This document shows positions 26,959 through 37,021 of a DNA stretch of 53,182 nucleotides, one piece after another. The stretch is from Verrucomicrobiota bacterium. GTDB taxonomy: Bacteria > Verrucomicrobiota > Verrucomicrobiia > Chthoniobacterales > UBA10450. The position numbers and the translations under genes are program-made. Numbering within the stretch: the first letter of the stretch is position 1; each line of letters opens with the position of its first letter. The DNA lies in contig QHON01000171.1 in the NCBI GenBank assembly GCA_003218815.1, positions 1 through 53,182 of the forward strand, in the 5' to 3' direction. The notes under the pieces were generated by a model, which saw only the letters and a list, made by a program, of their open reading frames with translations, was not told the origin of the DNA and made no database searches.

Positions 26959-27171
26959 AAACTGGTTATCCTCGTAGCAATCCCTGTTTCACGGACGATT
27001 GAAGTCAATCGCCGTACCTGCTGTGACATAGATCGCTCCCGGTTTCCGCGCGAAAATGAGTGGCAAGCTACTTCGTCGCGTCGTTTTTTCAAATGAGATC
27101 GTTCGCGTCCGCCGCATGCGCCGGGTGCGCAGCTCGCCATTTTGACAGCAGGCGCCCCGAAATAGCGGTCT

Positions 27172-28998
27172 TCATAATTGATTGCTCAGAATGACATACG
27201 GACCGCAGGTGGTGACTTGATGGTAAACATGGAAGCGCGCCATCAGTAATTTTTGCCAATAACCGAGACGACTTTGCTGGACGATTAGATAAAGTCCGTG
27301 TGGCGCGGCCCACTTTTCAATCACGGCATTTTCGTTCAACTCGAGCTCGCTTGGATCAGAGCCAACGACGGAATCGTCTTCTGTCGGCCGATTGAGGAGG
27401 AAAAATTTCCGATTCAAGTAAAAAACAAGGCTGCTTCCTTGATGGAGGGCCCCTTCGTAAACAACTGCGTCGTTGTCGTCGAGTCGCTCGTTGAGAAAGC
27501 GCCCGGCGTTGGCGAGCGAGAAATTGGGCGCCATTCGCGCGACGCCGTCGATCATGCTGAGTCCGGCGGGAATCATGGCAGCCGCGAGCACAACAGCGGC
27601 AAACCGTGGGCGGCGGTTCGCGATCAAGTAGAGAGCAACGCTCGCAAAGATCACAAGTGACGCCGCAACAATGCAAGCCATTGGCCAGAGGATTTGCCAG
27701 GTTGCGGCCGGCACATCCTGCAAGACGTGCCACGCTGAAAATCTTATTTCATTTGCGATCCGTGGTCTGCCTGAATCAGCAACATGTAATGAAATCGCGG
27801 CAAGCGCGCCAACGGCAAAGCCGCAAATCCCGATCGCAACTGCGCCAGCCATGCGTAGCCCGCGCGGCATTCGATCCCATGTCGTCGCGGCCCAAAGCGC
27901 GAATGCGCTCCACATGCTCATTGAGTAATAATCCTGACGTCGCCCGATCAAAAGGAGCGGCAAAAAAATCACGCCTATCCAACAAAGAGGCAGGGCGTCA
28001 GCAAATTCAATCTCACGCGGTCGCACCACACGTCGCCAAGCGAAAATCATTCCTGGAATTACGGCAAAAAGCCACGGAAACCACCATGCGAAATGTAACC
28101 CAATAAATTGCAACCGGGGAACGTCATCATCATTTCCAAGAATGGGTTTCAGCCAATCATTGTTGACTAGCCGATGAAGTACCCCGGGAAAATGTCGAGC
28201 GGCCCAAATGTACCACGGTGCAACGATCAAAAGAAAGATCAACACGTGGTGCCAATGGAAAAGTGCGCGGAATCGGAGACGGGCCTCACGGTAAAAAATT
28301 CCGAGCAGAGAAAGAATGGTGATCAGGTAGACTAACCCGAGAATACTTTTGGTCAGACAGGCAAGGGCCGCGCAAATCCAGAAACTGGCGAACCAGACGC
28401 CTCGATGCTGCCGGCGTTGGTAACCACAGATCGCGCAAAACATCCCGCCGGCGACAAAAGCGCTGAAGACCGGCTCCGGCATGATGATCCGCCCCAAGAG
28501 AAATGTGCCGCAGGAGGAAAGATAAATCAGACCAGCCAGAAAGCCGTGCCAGTAATCGCGCAATCGTTCTCCGATTAGAAATGTGAAGGCGACGGTGGCA
28601 ACGATTGCGAGAGCGATCGGCAAACGTGCGGCAGCCTCGTTGCTGCCAAAGATTTTGTAGCAAAGGAGGATTAGCCAATAAAGCAGAGGCGGTTTTTGCA
28701 GACGCGGCAGGCTATCGTTAGTCGGTAACAGCCATTGGTGCGATTCGATCATCTCGCGAGCAGCCCCCGCATATTGGCTGTCGGTCTCATTGTAAAGATC
28801 GCCCCAGCCGATTGTTGCGACGTGCAAAAGCGCTGCCAGCGCAATCAGGATAATAAAAAGCGCCTGGCGCGTGGGCGGCGGATTAATGGCCGGCGGCTCA
28901 AGGAGGGTCTCTTCGATTCTGAAGGCGCGGGTACTTGCGATCATCGAAGTGTTACCCTGTTCGCTGGACATGGGTGTCCGGCGAACGTGAGCGTGCAT
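27172..28998 (-). CDS. ArnT/PMT-like (GT39/GT83-type) polyprenyl-phosphate-sugar dependent glycosyltransferase
   Basis: The product is multi-TM with an N-terminal loop [24 protein letters not shown]...PPLLYWL, typical of the ArnT/PMT_2 family. Alternative in-frame ATGs lie at 28971 and 28944. Confidence 0.8.
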   Translation of the reverse strand: MHAHVRRTPMSSEQGNTSMIASTRAFRIEETLLEPPAINPPPTRQALFIILIALAALLHVATIGWGDLYNETDSQYAGAAREMIESHQWLLPTNDSLPRLQKPPLLYWLILLCYKIFGSNEAAARLPIALAIVATVAFTFLIGERLRDYWHGFLAGLIYLSSCGTFLLGRIIMPEPVFSAFVAGGMFCAICGYQRRQHRGVWFASFWICAALACLTKSILGLVYLITILSLLGIFYREARLRFRALFHWHHVLIFLLIVAPWYIWAARHFPGVLHRLVNNDWLKPILGNDDDVPRLQFIGLHFAWWFPWLFAVIPGMIFAWRRVVRPREIEFADALPLCWIGVIFLPLLLIGRRQDYYSMSMWSAFALWAATTWDRMPRGLRMAGAVAIGICGFAVGALAAISLHVADSGRPRIANEIRFSAWHVLQDVPAATWQILWPMACIVAASLVIFASVALYLIANRRPRFAAVVLAAAMIPAGLSMIDGVARMAPNFSLANAGRFLNERLDDNDAVVYEGALHQGSSLVFYLNRKFFLLNRPTEDDSVVGSDPSELELNENAVIEKWAAPHGLYLIVQQSRLGYWQKLLMARFHVYHQVTTCGPYVILSNQL

Positions 28999-29404
28999 CT
29001 GCTCCCGGTTTCCGATATTTTTCCCATTCCCCAGGCAGGCGGAGCAGTTTCGCCGCGGGCATCTCGATTAACGCGACTGATTGGCGGCAGTTGACGATTA
29101 GCACATTGTCCTTTGGTCGAATGATACGGAATGCGCACCAAAATCTCGCGCGCTCCAGTTCGTCGAGCCAGCCTTCAATGACAAGTCGGTCGCCAAGTTT
29201 GGCGGCGCGACGATAGTCGATCTCAGTGCGTACGACCACCGGATATCTTTGAGTTTTCGCCATTTCTGCGAGCGCAAGACCGAGCTCTTCGGCCAGGAGT
29301 GTGCGTGCAGTTTCGATGAACCGCAGATAGGCGATATTGGATACGACGCCACCGCAATCAGTATCGAAAAACATTACTTGCACTTCTGTGCAGATACGCG
29401 GCAT
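28952..29404 (-). CDS. Acyl-CoA thioesterase, 4HBT/YbgC-like hotdog fold
   Basis: ATG at 29404 gives [34 protein letters not shown], the YbgC-type catalytic Asp context. Confidence 0.8.
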   Translation of the reverse strand: MPRICTEVQVMFFDTDCGGVVSNIAYLRFIETARTLLAEELGLALAEMAKTQRYPVVVRTEIDYRRAAKLGDRLVIEGWLDELERARFWCAFRIIRPKDNVLIVNCRQSVALIEMPAAKLLRLPGEWEKYRKPGADARSRSPDTHVQRTG

Positions 29405-29493
29405 TGCGGCAGTCACAATCAACAATCATCCTAGAAGGCCTTCGAAAGCAACGGCAAACGTCCGGCGAACCCGGAATCGAATCATAAATCCAA

Positions 29494-31446
29494 TCAGGCG
29501 AGGGCCGAAGGCGCCGATCTTTGCAAGAGTGCCAAGACCCCATTGATTGCTTCATCAACGCTGACCGCTTTCATACAACGAAAATCAATCGGACATTCGC
29601 GCAAAAAGCATGGGCTGCATTCGACTTGATGCCGCACAATAATATGCCGATCGCCAAGCGGTCCAGTAAGGCGAGGCTCGGTCGAACCAAAGATAGCAAC
29701 CGTCGGGACACCGAGCAAAGAAGCAAGATGCATCGTACCGGTGTCATTCGTCAGCAATAGGCGGCATTCACGCAGCTCGCCGATCAGTTGTTCAAGGGTC
29801 GTCTCGCCGACGCGATTCACGCATGAGTCGCCGAGCGTCCTGGCAATCATCTCGCCGACGGCGACGTCCTTCGGCGTTCCCAAAAGAATCCATTGCACGG
29901 ATAATTTCGCGGCAACCGCTGCCGCCACTTCGGCGAACCTTTGCGGCAACCATCGCTTTGCGGATCCGTACTCGGCGCCAGGAGACAGGGCGAGCTTCAC
30001 GCGGTCGTCTCCTAGAGGGACGGTCCCCGAGCCGTCGGAAATATCGCGGACGCGAGGGAGCGCTTCCCTCCAGTTGTCTTGGACGCTCGCGCCCAGTTCG
30101 CGTGCAACTCGCATATAACGATCTGCCTGATGCTCGATCGGCCCCGGTGTTTCGCGTTGGCAAATGATCTGATTGAGCAACCAACTGCGGAAATGACCGC
30201 GATAACCGACTCGTCGCGGAATTCCGGTCAGCCAAGTTTCCAACGCCGCGCGCAAAGAATTTGGAAAGAGAATAACAACGTCGAAACGCGACTGCCGCCG
30301 TATCGAGCGGACCGTGGCGAGAAGGGATTTATTCGGCAGCGGGATAATTTCGCTCACTTCCGGAACCAATTTCCACATCGAGGCGATCTTTGATGGCACA
30401 GCGACGGTAATGTGCGCGTCCGGACGTCCGGTCTTGATCGCACGGACTGCGGGGACACTCATCGCGGCGTCACCCAGCCAGTTGCTTGAGCGAATTAGAA
30501 TTCGAAATGGCTTTAGATCACGAGCTGAAATTCCCGGCGGCAAATAGACGCCGCGTTTATACCGCGCGAGAAGAAAATTGGGCTGGGGCGTTTTCCAGCG
30601 ATTGTGCACCCAAAACCAATCTTCCGGTGCCACGCGAATCTGTTGCTCGATAACCTCATTGATCATCGAAGTCAGGGCTGCAACGGAAGCGCCGGGCTGG
30701 TCAAAGCGATCAGTGAATACCATGCGCCAGCGCGCTGGACCTGTTGTGTAAACTCCAGCGGCGATGAGCGCTGCTCGGGTGCGCTTCGCAAGTAAACCAG
30801 GCAGAGGTGAAGTGGACGCCAGTCTTCCGAGAAACGGCGCCCAAAGCCCATGGTCACCGGCATGTTGATCGGACAAAACGCCGACTCCGCCGCCTGAGCG
30901 CAGTAATTCGACCACCGGCTCGAATCCGGCCTGGCGGTCAAACAGTTCCAACCCAGCTTGGCTGCGCGTCCGACGTACATGCTCGTCAATGAAAGGATTA
31001 CCGAGTTTCTGATAAACGCTTGCATTTCGCACGTATCCGACAAACTTGGGCATCAATTGCGCGAACAATTCCCACGTTCCCAGATGACTCAAAACGAGCA
31101 CGACCGGAACGCCTGCGCGAAACCGGCTATCCATGGATTCGATATTTTCGATCTTGATCCGTTGGAGGATTTTGTCCGGCGACATTCGCGTCAGTTTTGC
31201 GCTGCAAAGCAGGTTAGCGCCAAGGCGTTGAAAATGCCGGCGCACAAGGCGATGCAATTCGCGCGGCGACTTTTCATTGGCAAACGCGATAGCAACATTG
31301 CGTTCTGCCAGGCGTCGATATTTCCCGGAAACGAGCCAGGCCCAAAAGCCAAGGAATCGGCCAACAGCAAACAGAAATCGCAATGGCAGCGCGGAGGCAA
31401 TCGCCGACCCCGTGCGATAAAGAAGGTAAACGACAAAGTCGAACAT
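29494..31446 (-). CDS. Fusion protein: LpxL/HtrB-like lipid A late acyltransferase (about 30589..31446) + GT9 heptosyltransferase (about 29494..30510)
   Basis: ATG at 31446 gives MFDFVVYLLY. The N-terminal half has SHLGTWELF (HxxxxE) and a terminal EDWFWVHNRWK, as in LpxL. The C-terminal half has FRILIRSSNWLGDAAMSVPAVRAIK and LLTNDTGTMHLASLLGVPTVAIFGSTEP, as in GT9/WaaF-WaaC. Confidence 0.8.
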   Translation of the reverse strand: MFDFVVYLLYRTGSAIASALPLRFLFAVGRFLGFWAWLVSGKYRRLAERNVAIAFANEKSPRELHRLVRRHFQRLGANLLCSAKLTRMSPDKILQRIKIENIESMDSRFRAGVPVVLVLSHLGTWELFAQLMPKFVGYVRNASVYQKLGNPFIDEHVRRTRSQAGLELFDRQAGFEPVVELLRSGGGVGVLSDQHAGDHGLWAPFLGRLASTSPLPGLLAKRTRAALIAAGVYTTGPARWRMVFTDRFDQPGASVAALTSMINEVIEQQIRVAPEDWFWVHNRWKTPQPNFLLARYKRGVYLPPGISARDLKPFRILIRSSNWLGDAAMSVPAVRAIKTGRPDAHITVAVPSKIASMWKLVPEVSEIIPLPNKSLLATVRSIRRQSRFDVVILFPNSLRAALETWLTGIPRRVGYRGHFRSWLLNQIICQRETPGPIEHQADRYMRVARELGASVQDNWREALPRVRDISDGSGTVPLGDDRVKLALSPGAEYGSAKRWLPQRFAEVAAAVAAKLSVQWILLGTPKDVAVGEMIARTLGDSCVNRVGETTLEQLIGELRECRLLLTNDTGTMHLASLLGVPTVAIFGSTEPRLTGPLGDRHIIVRHQVECSPCFLRECPIDFRCMKAVSVDEAINGVLALLQRSAPSALA

Positions 31447-31489
31447 TGCGGAACTGGCAGTATCGCAGGGGTGGCGCGGCAGGGTAGAT

Positions 31490-33933
31490 TTGCCTGCGCC
31501 TTGCTTCAACCAATATAATATCGGCGTGTTGCCACGGGACATCCATTCCGTCCGTTCGGATTTTGCGCGCGTCATTGCGCGGAAATTCGACCATGGCCGG
31601 TTCCTCGTGATCGGCGTCGGCGAATCTGAAAAACTGGAGCGGCAATTTGGTGAATTGGGAAGAGAAGCCGTCATTACTGACAGCGGTGTCAGCGGTGCGA
31701 CGACACTTCCACAGGGTGAGCCAGCACACTTTGAGGTGGCAGTCTGGTTTTATTCTGCGGAAGAAGGTGACGACGATCGAATTTGCAAAGAACTTTCGCG
31801 CTGCGCGAGTTGCATTATTGTGGTACCTGGTGCGGGCGCGAGCATCGCCAATCGACGCTCGCAACTTGTCAGATGTTTTCGCCGATTCGGATTGCTGCCT
31901 GATTACGAATGCGATCTGGGCAAGCTTGATCCCGCGGCAATACTGATCCGGCGCCAACCGAGCGAGACTGCCGAGACGCTTATTACAGTGGTGGAAACGG
32001 CATTCGCAAGACTCACGACGCGGCTTAGCGGCTTAGAGCGAATGCTGCGGACGCGCATATCAGAACTGGAAGCTGCCGATCGGCACATCGCCAATCTTGA
32101 GGAAAAATTAATTAAGCTAAAACAATACCGACGCGACCTAAAATTGTTAAGAGAGCAAAGACAAGCGCTCCGTAAATCGCCCGAGCGCAGGATCGGTCAG
32201 GTGTTGCTCGCGCCGTATCGCATCCCGGAAAAACTGGTGAAGGCAACATGGAAGAAATTGCATTCACACGGTGCGGTGCGGCTGCGATCCGCTGCAGCTG
32301 AATATCAGGAGTGGCTGCAGCGGCACCGCGCGAGTGCGAGCGACCTGGCCGGGATGCGTCACGAGGCCCGTGCATTTGCAAACCAGCCGCTGATTAGTGT
32401 TATCACGCCGATTTATAATACATCCGTGCAGTGGCTTTCGGAGGCTATCGAATCGGTGCTCGCGCAAGCCTATGAAAACTGGGAGCTCCTTTTGATCGAC
32501 GATGGATCCAGCGCTGCCGAGTTAGTTGATGCGCTGGGGGCCTTGGCCGCTCGTGACCGACGCATCATCCTCGATAGAACGGGAAAAAACGAAGGCATTT
32601 CTGCGGCTTCGAATCGAGCGCTCGCGCTGGCTCGCGGCGAATGGATCACTCTTCTCGACCATGATGACGTGATCGAGCCGGACTCGCTTTTCCAGATGGT
32701 AAAACTTTTACAGACGCATCCCGATGCTGATCTAATTTACTCTGATGAGGACAAGCTGACTGACGATGGCTGCGAGTCCCCGGTGTTTAAGCCTGACTGG
32801 TCGCCCGACCTATTTCGTTCTCATAATTACATCGGGCATCTGACCGCGATACGGCGCAAGTTGGTTCAGAAAGTCGGTGGCTTCCGGTCAGAATTCGACA
32901 GCGCACAAGATTACGATCTCTTTTTTCGCGTCATCGAGCAGACTGATCGGATTCATCACGTCCCCCGGGTGTTGTACCATTGGCGGCGAAGCTCAAACTC
33001 CAGCGCGATTAGCGTTAGACAGAAACCCGGCCAATTCGAAGCGGGGCGGTGCGCCGTTCAGGAGCACCTCCAGCGGAAGGGTATCCCGGGTCATGTTGCC
33101 GTTGACTGGCGCACACACACGTATTGGGTCAAACGGGAACTCGCTGCGGCAAAGCAAATATCCATCATTATTCCGGCGCGCGATCGTTTGGATCTCCTCT
33201 CGCGCTGCGTTGAGAGCCTGTCACGCAAAACGAGCTATCCCAATTATAAAATCGTGGTTGTCTCTGACGACCGTCACTCTGATGAGGCCGATTCTTATTT
33301 TTCCGTGTCAAACATCGTCGGCTCATTTACGAGGGGACGCCGAGTCTCCCTGCGCTGAATAATTTCGCAGTCAGGCAAACTGACAGCCCATGGTTGCTGT
33401 TTTTACGCAATGATGTCGAAGCGATCGAAAGTGATTGGCTGACGATCATGGCCGAGCATGTCCAGCGGCCCGAGGTGGGCGCAGTCGGCGCGCAATTATT
33501 GAATCCGACCGAGACAATCGAGCACGCCGGGATTGTCGTAGGCGTCAACGGAATTGCGCAGCCAGCTTTTCGCTATGTGTCGGCGGAGCAACCCGGCGTG
33601 ACCCGCCAATTACACGTGACGCGGAATTGCAGCGCGATCTCCAGCGTGTGTATGTTGACGCGTCGCGAAATATTTCAAGAAGTCGGCGGATTCGATGAGA
33701 GCCTCCCTAACGGGTTTGCGGACGTCGATCTGTGCCTCAAAATGCGGCGGTCGGGCTACCTGATTGTTTACACTCCGTTTGCGAAGCTCTATGAACATGA
33801 ACCGCAACGCGATAAGGTTGACATGAGCAGCGTGGCGATTATGCGTGAGCGCTGGTCCGATACTGTGGAGCGGGATCCTTATTACAATCCAAATCTTTCT
33901 CGCGAACGCGCCGATTTCTCGCTAGGCAAGTAA
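31490..33933 (+). pseudogene. Large tandem GT2 glycosyltransferase (N-terminal Rossmann-like region, coiled coil, two GT2 domains) broken by a 1-nt frameshift in the second GT2 domain
   Basis: Track ORFs 31490..33358 and 33394..33933 are two pieces of one gene. Frame 2 ends ...KIVVVSDDRHSDEADSYF. Frame 1 continues ...HRRLIYEGTPSLPALNNFAVRQTDSPWLLFLRNDVEAI, the typical GT2 core. The switch must lie in 33283..33355, most likely at the T5 run 33298-33302. The start codon is uncertain (TTG 31490 or GTG 31526). Confidence 0.7.
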
Positions 33934-33952
33934 AACCACAGTTTGTGTCGAA

Positions 33953-34702
33953 ATGAACCAGCGAGAAAAGGATCTGTGGCAGGGCATCAATCCTCGTGCG
34001 CAAGACGCACTGAGCACTCGTAATTATCGCATTGAATCTTTTGGGCAGGAACTTTCGGAGCGAGGTGTCGAAGCAAGCCAACTTACAACTGCAGAACGGA
34101 AGAATCCCGAGATTGAGAAAGCGTGGATTCCCGGAGTGGAAATTTTTTCGCGAAAAATCCATCCGCAGCGTCATCGCGGATTTTTCGGCGAATTTGTCCG
34201 GCGGGATGAAGGGATTCTTTCGCAGATCGGCTTTTGGCCGAAGCAATGGTCGGCATCGCGCATGTTTGCGCAAACCGCAAAAGGTTTTCACGTGCATCCG
34301 CCCAGTATTCCGGAAGGCACGACAGCAGCCGATTGGTTGCGCCGCCTGTTCATCGATGAGCCGGATAACTATTCGCTGCGTCCATATGATGAGGAGCAGT
34401 GGGACGTAATGTTTTTTCTGCAGGGACGCGCTGAGACGATTCTATGCGATCTACGCATCGGTCTCTCCAGGCGCATCATGCGTTTCTTTGTCGATGGCGA
34501 TAATCATCGCAGCAGCAATAACGTCGGCATCGTTGTTCCACCCGGTGTCGCCCACGCCATTCGCGCTGAAGGTTCGGAGGAAGTGATCATGGTTTACGGG
34601 ACGAGCACGATTTTTCATCCCGAGTTTGAAGGCCGAATCGCGAGCGAAATCGAGACGGCGCAGCTTCCGGAATCGTGGCAGCAATTTCTAACTGACGGGT
34701 GA
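33953..34702 (+). CDS. RmlC-like cupin (dTDP-4-dehydrorhamnose 3,5-epimerase-related) protein
   Basis: KGFHVHPP...QWDVMFFLQGRAETILCDLR...GIVVPPGVAHAIRAEGSEEVIMVYGTS resembles the RmlC-type cupin core with an N-terminal extension. Confidence 0.6.
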   Translation: MNQREKDLWQGINPRAQDALSTRNYRIESFGQELSERGVEASQLTTAERKNPEIEKAWIPGVEIFSRKIHPQRHRGFFGEFVRRDEGILSQIGFWPKQWSASRMFAQTAKGFHVHPPSIPEGTTAADWLRRLFIDEPDNYSLRPYDEEQWDVMFFLQGRAETILCDLRIGLSRRIMRFFVDGDNHRSSNNVGIVVPPGVAHAIRAEGSEEVIMVYGTSTIFHPEFEGRIASEIETAQLPESWQQFLTDG

Positions 34703-34734
34703 CAAACGGAGCGCCTCTCGTCACTGCTTTTTGA

Positions 34735-35424
34735 ATGGACCGGCAATTCGATCCGGCCGAACTGGAATTGATGGATCGGCCCCAGCCGGTATCCATCGAA
34801 TTAGAACGCGACCTGCGGAGTATTCGCCAACTCAATCGCTGGTTTGGCAGTTACCGCGTTGTTCGTCATTTTGTGCGCCGCTGGATCAGGCCTGGCGCTC
34901 GCATGCGCATCATCGATCTCGCGACTGGATCAGGTGATATCCCGCGATTGATTGTTGATCATGCACGAAAAATCGCCGCGGAAGTTGAGATCGACGCAGT
35001 AGATAAACAATCAGCGACTCTGGAGATCGCGCGGGGATTAAGCGGTGGCTATCCGGAAATTTCTTACGTTGAGGAAAACATCCTGCAATTGAAGCCGTCT
35101 CATCGCTACGACATCGTCCTGTGCTCGCTTGTGCTCCACCATTTCAGTGAGGAAGACGCTGTGTGCGTCTTGCGACATTGCCGCGAGTTAGCTCATAAGT
35201 TTGTTCTTGTCTCGGACCTGCGCCGCGGCTCGCTCACCACGATTGGTGTTAAAGTTTTGACCGCGCTGATTTTTCGCGCACCGATGACACGCTACGACGC
35301 GCGACTTTCTGCCGCGCGCGCATTTTCATTCAAGGAACTGGATAAACTTGCGCGACAAGCCGGCTGGCAAAATTTCGGGCACAAAAAATTTCGGTTCGCC
35401 CGACAGGCAGCTTGGATCGAATGA
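34735..35424 (+). CDS. Class I SAM-dependent methyltransferase
   Basis: Motif I is MRIIDLATGSGDIP, followed by the acidic DAVD and post-I/II motifs (YDIVLCSLVLHHF). Confidence 0.75.
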   Translation: MDRQFDPAELELMDRPQPVSIELERDLRSIRQLNRWFGSYRVVRHFVRRWIRPGARMRIIDLATGSGDIPRLIVDHARKIAAEVEIDAVDKQSATLEIARGLSGGYPEISYVEENILQLKPSHRYDIVLCSLVLHHFSEEDAVCVLRHCRELAHKFVLVSDLRRGSLTTIGVKVLTALIFRAPMTRYDARLSAARAFSFKELDKLARQAGWQNFGHKKFRFARQAAWIE

Positions 35425-35626
35425 GATTCAAGTTGTAAGACTACCGTCTCAACGGCGCGGGCGTGGAATGGCATAAACATTCTTCGCTGTCGGGGACAGC
35501 CGTGTCGGGTATAACCGCCACGGGCGGGACCATCTGGGCTAATCGGCGGCTTCCAAGGACAAACAAGCTTGAGTTTCCGGCTGTGGAGACGTAATGAAGT
35601 TAACCTCCGAAGGAGAAAGGACTTTT

Positions 35627-37021
35627 ATGGCACTCTTGAAACCAGACCCGACGTTTTACCCTTCGCCGCGGCTGGCAATGCAGGCCCCACCAGAGAAATA
35701 TGCGTTCGTGGCGGGTCTTAACCCGCCCGGTAGTAAACTCAACGATGCGCTATTGGTTGTGGATGTTGATCCTGACTCGCGCACCTATGGCCGGCAGGTC
35801 GGCGAGGTTACAATGCCGGAGTTTGGTGATGAGCTTCATCATTTTGGCTGGAATGCATGCAGCTCGGCGCTTTGCCCGTATGCGCCGCACCCGCACGTCG
35901 AGCGTCGCTACCTAGTCGTGCCCGGGCTCCGCTCGTCTCGCATTCACATTATCGACACCAAGCCGAATCCGAGAAAGGCGAAGATAGTCAAAGTGATCGA
36001 ACCGGAAGAAGTCTTTGCGCGCGCTAATTATTCTCGTCCGCACACGATTCACTGTGGCCCTGAAGGCATTTATGTTAGCGCATTCGGAGCGCCCAATGGT
36101 GACGGCCCGGGCGGCATTTTCATGCTCGATTGCGAAACGTTCGACATTCTGGGCCAATGGGAAATGGACCGTGGACCGCAATTTCTTCATTACGATTTCT
36201 GGTGGCATTTGGGTTTCGACACCTTGCTGAGCAGCGAGTGGGGCACGCCGAACATGATCGAAAGTGGATTGCAGCCGGAGCTGCTTCTCAGCAGCAAATA
36301 CGGCCATCAGATGCACGTTTGGGACCTGCGCCGACGACGCCATCTCCAGGCGCTCGATTTGGGCAAAGAGCAGCAAATGGTTCTCGAGATGCGTCCGGCG
36401 CATAACCCGACCAAGGCGTACGGCTTTGTTGGTGTCGTGGTTTCGCTGAAGGATTTGTCCGCGTCCGTCTGGCTATGGCATCGCAACGACGGTGCGTGGG
36501 ATATAAAGAAAGTAATCGAAATTCCAGCCGAACCGGCCGACCCCGCGAAGCTACCGGCACTGCTGAAAGATTTTAAAGCAGTGCCGCCACTGGTATCGGA
36601 CATCAATTTATCGCTGGATGACAAATTTCTGTACATCTCATGCTGGGGAACAGGGGAATTCTTGCAGTACGACGTGTCCGATCCATTCAGCCCGAAGAAG
36701 ACTGGCTCAGTACGTATCGGCGGAATTGTTAACCGAACGCCCCACTCAAAAAATCCGAACCAGCCGTTGGCTGGCGGACCACAAATGGTGGAAGTAAGCC
36801 GCGACGGAAAACGTATCTATTTCACGAATTCGCTTTACGCCGCGTGGGATGAACAATTCTATCCCGATGGCGTGGGTAGTTGGATGGTCAAGCTTGAGGC
36901 TGACCCACAAGGCGGCATCAGCTTCGACGAAAACTTTTTCGTTGAGAGCAGCGATTATCGTGTTCACCAAATCCGCCTCGAAGGCGGCGATTCCTCGAGC
37001 GATTCATTCTGTTTTCCGTGA
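35627..37021 (+). CDS. Selenium-binding protein 56 family protein (methanethiol oxidase homolog), no signal peptide seen
   Basis: An SD (GAAGGAGAAAGG) lies upstream of ATG 35627. MALLKPDPTFYPSPRLAMQAPPEKYAFVAG... matches SBP56 over its full length, including ELHHFGWNAC, HTIHCGPEGIY, LSLDDKFLYISCWGTGE and the C-terminal GGDSSSDSFCF. Confidence 0.85.
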   Translation: MALLKPDPTFYPSPRLAMQAPPEKYAFVAGLNPPGSKLNDALLVVDVDPDSRTYGRQVGEVTMPEFGDELHHFGWNACSSALCPYAPHPHVERRYLVVPGLRSSRIHIIDTKPNPRKAKIVKVIEPEEVFARANYSRPHTIHCGPEGIYVSAFGAPNGDGPGGIFMLDCETFDILGQWEMDRGPQFLHYDFWWHLGFDTLLSSEWGTPNMIESGLQPELLLSSKYGHQMHVWDLRRRRHLQALDLGKEQQMVLEMRPAHNPTKAYGFVGVVVSLKDLSASVWLWHRNDGAWDIKKVIEIPAEPADPAKLPALLKDFKAVPPLVSDINLSLDDKFLYISCWGTGEFLQYDVSDPFSPKKTGSVRIGGIVNRTPHSKNPNQPLAGGPQMVEVSRDGKRIYFTNSLYAAWDEQFYPDGVGSWMVKLEADPQGGISFDENFFVESSDYRVHQIRLEGGDSSSDSFCFP

